A program made the position numbers and the translations under genes. 64,000 bases of DNA from assembly GCA_905178155.1 (NCBI GenBank), contig CAJINV010000003.1, positions 7,522,601 to 7,586,600 of the forward strand. The letters are read 5' to 3'. This DNA comes from Amoebophrya sp. A120. Its lineage: Eukaryota; Protista; Dinoflagellata. The notes beneath the pieces were generated by a model. That model was given only the letters and a program-made list of their open reading frames with translations. It was not told where the DNA came from and made no database searches. Of this stretch, positions 62,801-64,000 are shown piece by piece; position 1 is the first letter of the stretch; each line of letters begins with the position of its first letter.

Positions 62801-64000
62801 TCCAGGTTGAAGACCTGTGCGTCCAAAAGGATCTTGTGCTCTTCCATCGCGAGGGGCAGCAAACTTTCCTCATCACTCGCGTCGGGCACGGTGGGGAAGG
62901 CCTCGGTTTCCCGCGCGTCAAAACTAAAACTCTCTCTTGCAGAGACGCCATCCTCGAACGTCACTTCTGCCATGTTGTGTTCACCCTCGACTATCGGGTC
63001 GGGTGCTTCGGTGGCCGGTGCGGCTGCTTCTTCGTCTGCGGCAGGTGGGGCCGGCGGGGGCTCCTCCACCGCCGCGGCTTCTGCTTTTATTTCCTCGGCG
63101 GGCGCGGCTGCTTCTCCTGCCGCTGCGGCACCACCGCCTGCTGCCTCAGCCTCGGCAGCTGCCGCACGTTCTGCCGCGGCCTTTTCCGCTTTCTCTTCCT
63201 CGGCCTTTCTTCGCGCCTCTTCCTCGGCCAGCCGCCGCTCCTCGGCAAGTTTTCGTTCCTCTGCAAGGATGCGCTGCCGCTCCTCCTCCGCCAGGCGGCG
63301 CTCTTCGGCCTCCTCCGGCGACATCAGGCGCGCTACCGTTTTCTGTGCGGCCTTGCTCAGTGCGGATGGTTCCTTGCCCGTGGCTTCCACGCACAAGCTG
63401 AGCTCAATGTCGTAGCATGAGGACCGCGTCTGGCCTCCCCAGTCGGTGACTACAGGAAAATCTACTGCCAGATCCGCTCGACCCAGACGGGGAACGGAAA
63501 AGCCCGCCTGAAACTTGTCGATAGCCCACCGCACTTCTGGAACACTACTGCTGTACGGACACTTCACCGGCACCGCGGGCACGCTAAACGGACTTCGCCC
63601 GGCCTAGTTTTGTTTCGTGCATTCTTGTTATTTTAGAAGTTCTAGCTGTACTTGGAGCATTTTACAAGTGCATGGCTGTGCCAGTGCGCCGTTGTCGCAA
63701 AGGCAAAGGAGAGAAATCATACAGATACAGATGCACGTATGAACCAGTATTTTATACCTGATTGACAGCGGAGAAGCGCATGATGATGAATTTTTTCTTC
63801 ATGTGAGGCGGCACTAGCCAAGCCTCTGGCACAGGGCGGATGATTGTTTCCACGTCTCCCGTGGAATTCAGCTTCCAGTGCACCTTCACGCTCCGCCACC
63901 CTTTTTCCAGCTCGGATGCCTGCTTTTTTACATTCACGCTCAGCTGCCGCGATAAGCGGGCCTTCTCACCCATCAGACTGGTAAGCTCGGTCTTTCGCGA
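53893..64000 (-). CDS. Very large multi-exon protein (probably over 2500 aa, 5'-partial) with coiled coil and DPxTGKP/DENGNPV repeats
   Basis: Collinear ORFs 63752-63973, 62389-63582, 61343-62065, 60997-61203, 59934-60908, 55144-59901 and a last exon 53893-54122 with splice-like junctions; not every junction resolved; no family recognised. Confidence 0.7.
54225..54911 (-). mobile_element. Non-autonomous element with asymmetric 11-bp subterminal IRs and terminal GC hairpin (Helentron/HINE- or Crypton-like), intronic
   Basis: GTAGTGAGGTC 54240-54250 / GACCTCACTAC 54901-54911; hairpin CCGCCGGGGCGG outside the left IR; ATAT on both flanks. Confidence 0.55.
61155..61354. mobile_element. Older introner/MITE, 200 bp, TIR TATCCCATAGGAAAAAG.., degenerate TSD AGCCG/GACCG
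   Basis: TIRs match at 16/22 nt; removal with one TSD restores the protein's own repeat 'GKPAVDPKTGKP'; no AG near the 3' end. Confidence 0.75.

Overview
Eukaryotic, intron-rich, gene-dense DNA. All 18 protein-coding genes I can support lie on the minus strand. The gene content, one-directional gene block and TIR/direct-repeat-bounded non-canonical introns fit an alveolate, most likely a syndinian dinoflagellate such as Amoebophrya (inference). Recognisable genes: SWEET transporter, ARL2BP/BART, NnrU/Z-ISO-family protein, WD40 protein, TMEM87/GPR107-like 7TM protein, ankyrin protein, Mei2-like RRM protein, dihydroorotase, ATP synthase OSCP, sestrin and short-form RPA1, plus several unknown proteins. 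The main signal is one mobile-element system with TAT...ATA termini, imperfect TIRs and 5-bp target duplications. Eight small copies (108-578 bp) sit inside coding sequence and appear to act as introns, most without a frame-preserving GT-AG pair at their ends. A ninth copy is a 6.0-kb foldback element carrying 108-bp and 256-bp satellites inside RPA1 intron 3. Also present are two TSD-flanked, microsatellite-tailed structured insertions (one nested in an introner and carrying a degenerate hammerhead-like core) and an element with asymmetric subterminal IRs plus a hairpin. Exon structures were worked out by hand and need RNA-seq confirmation.
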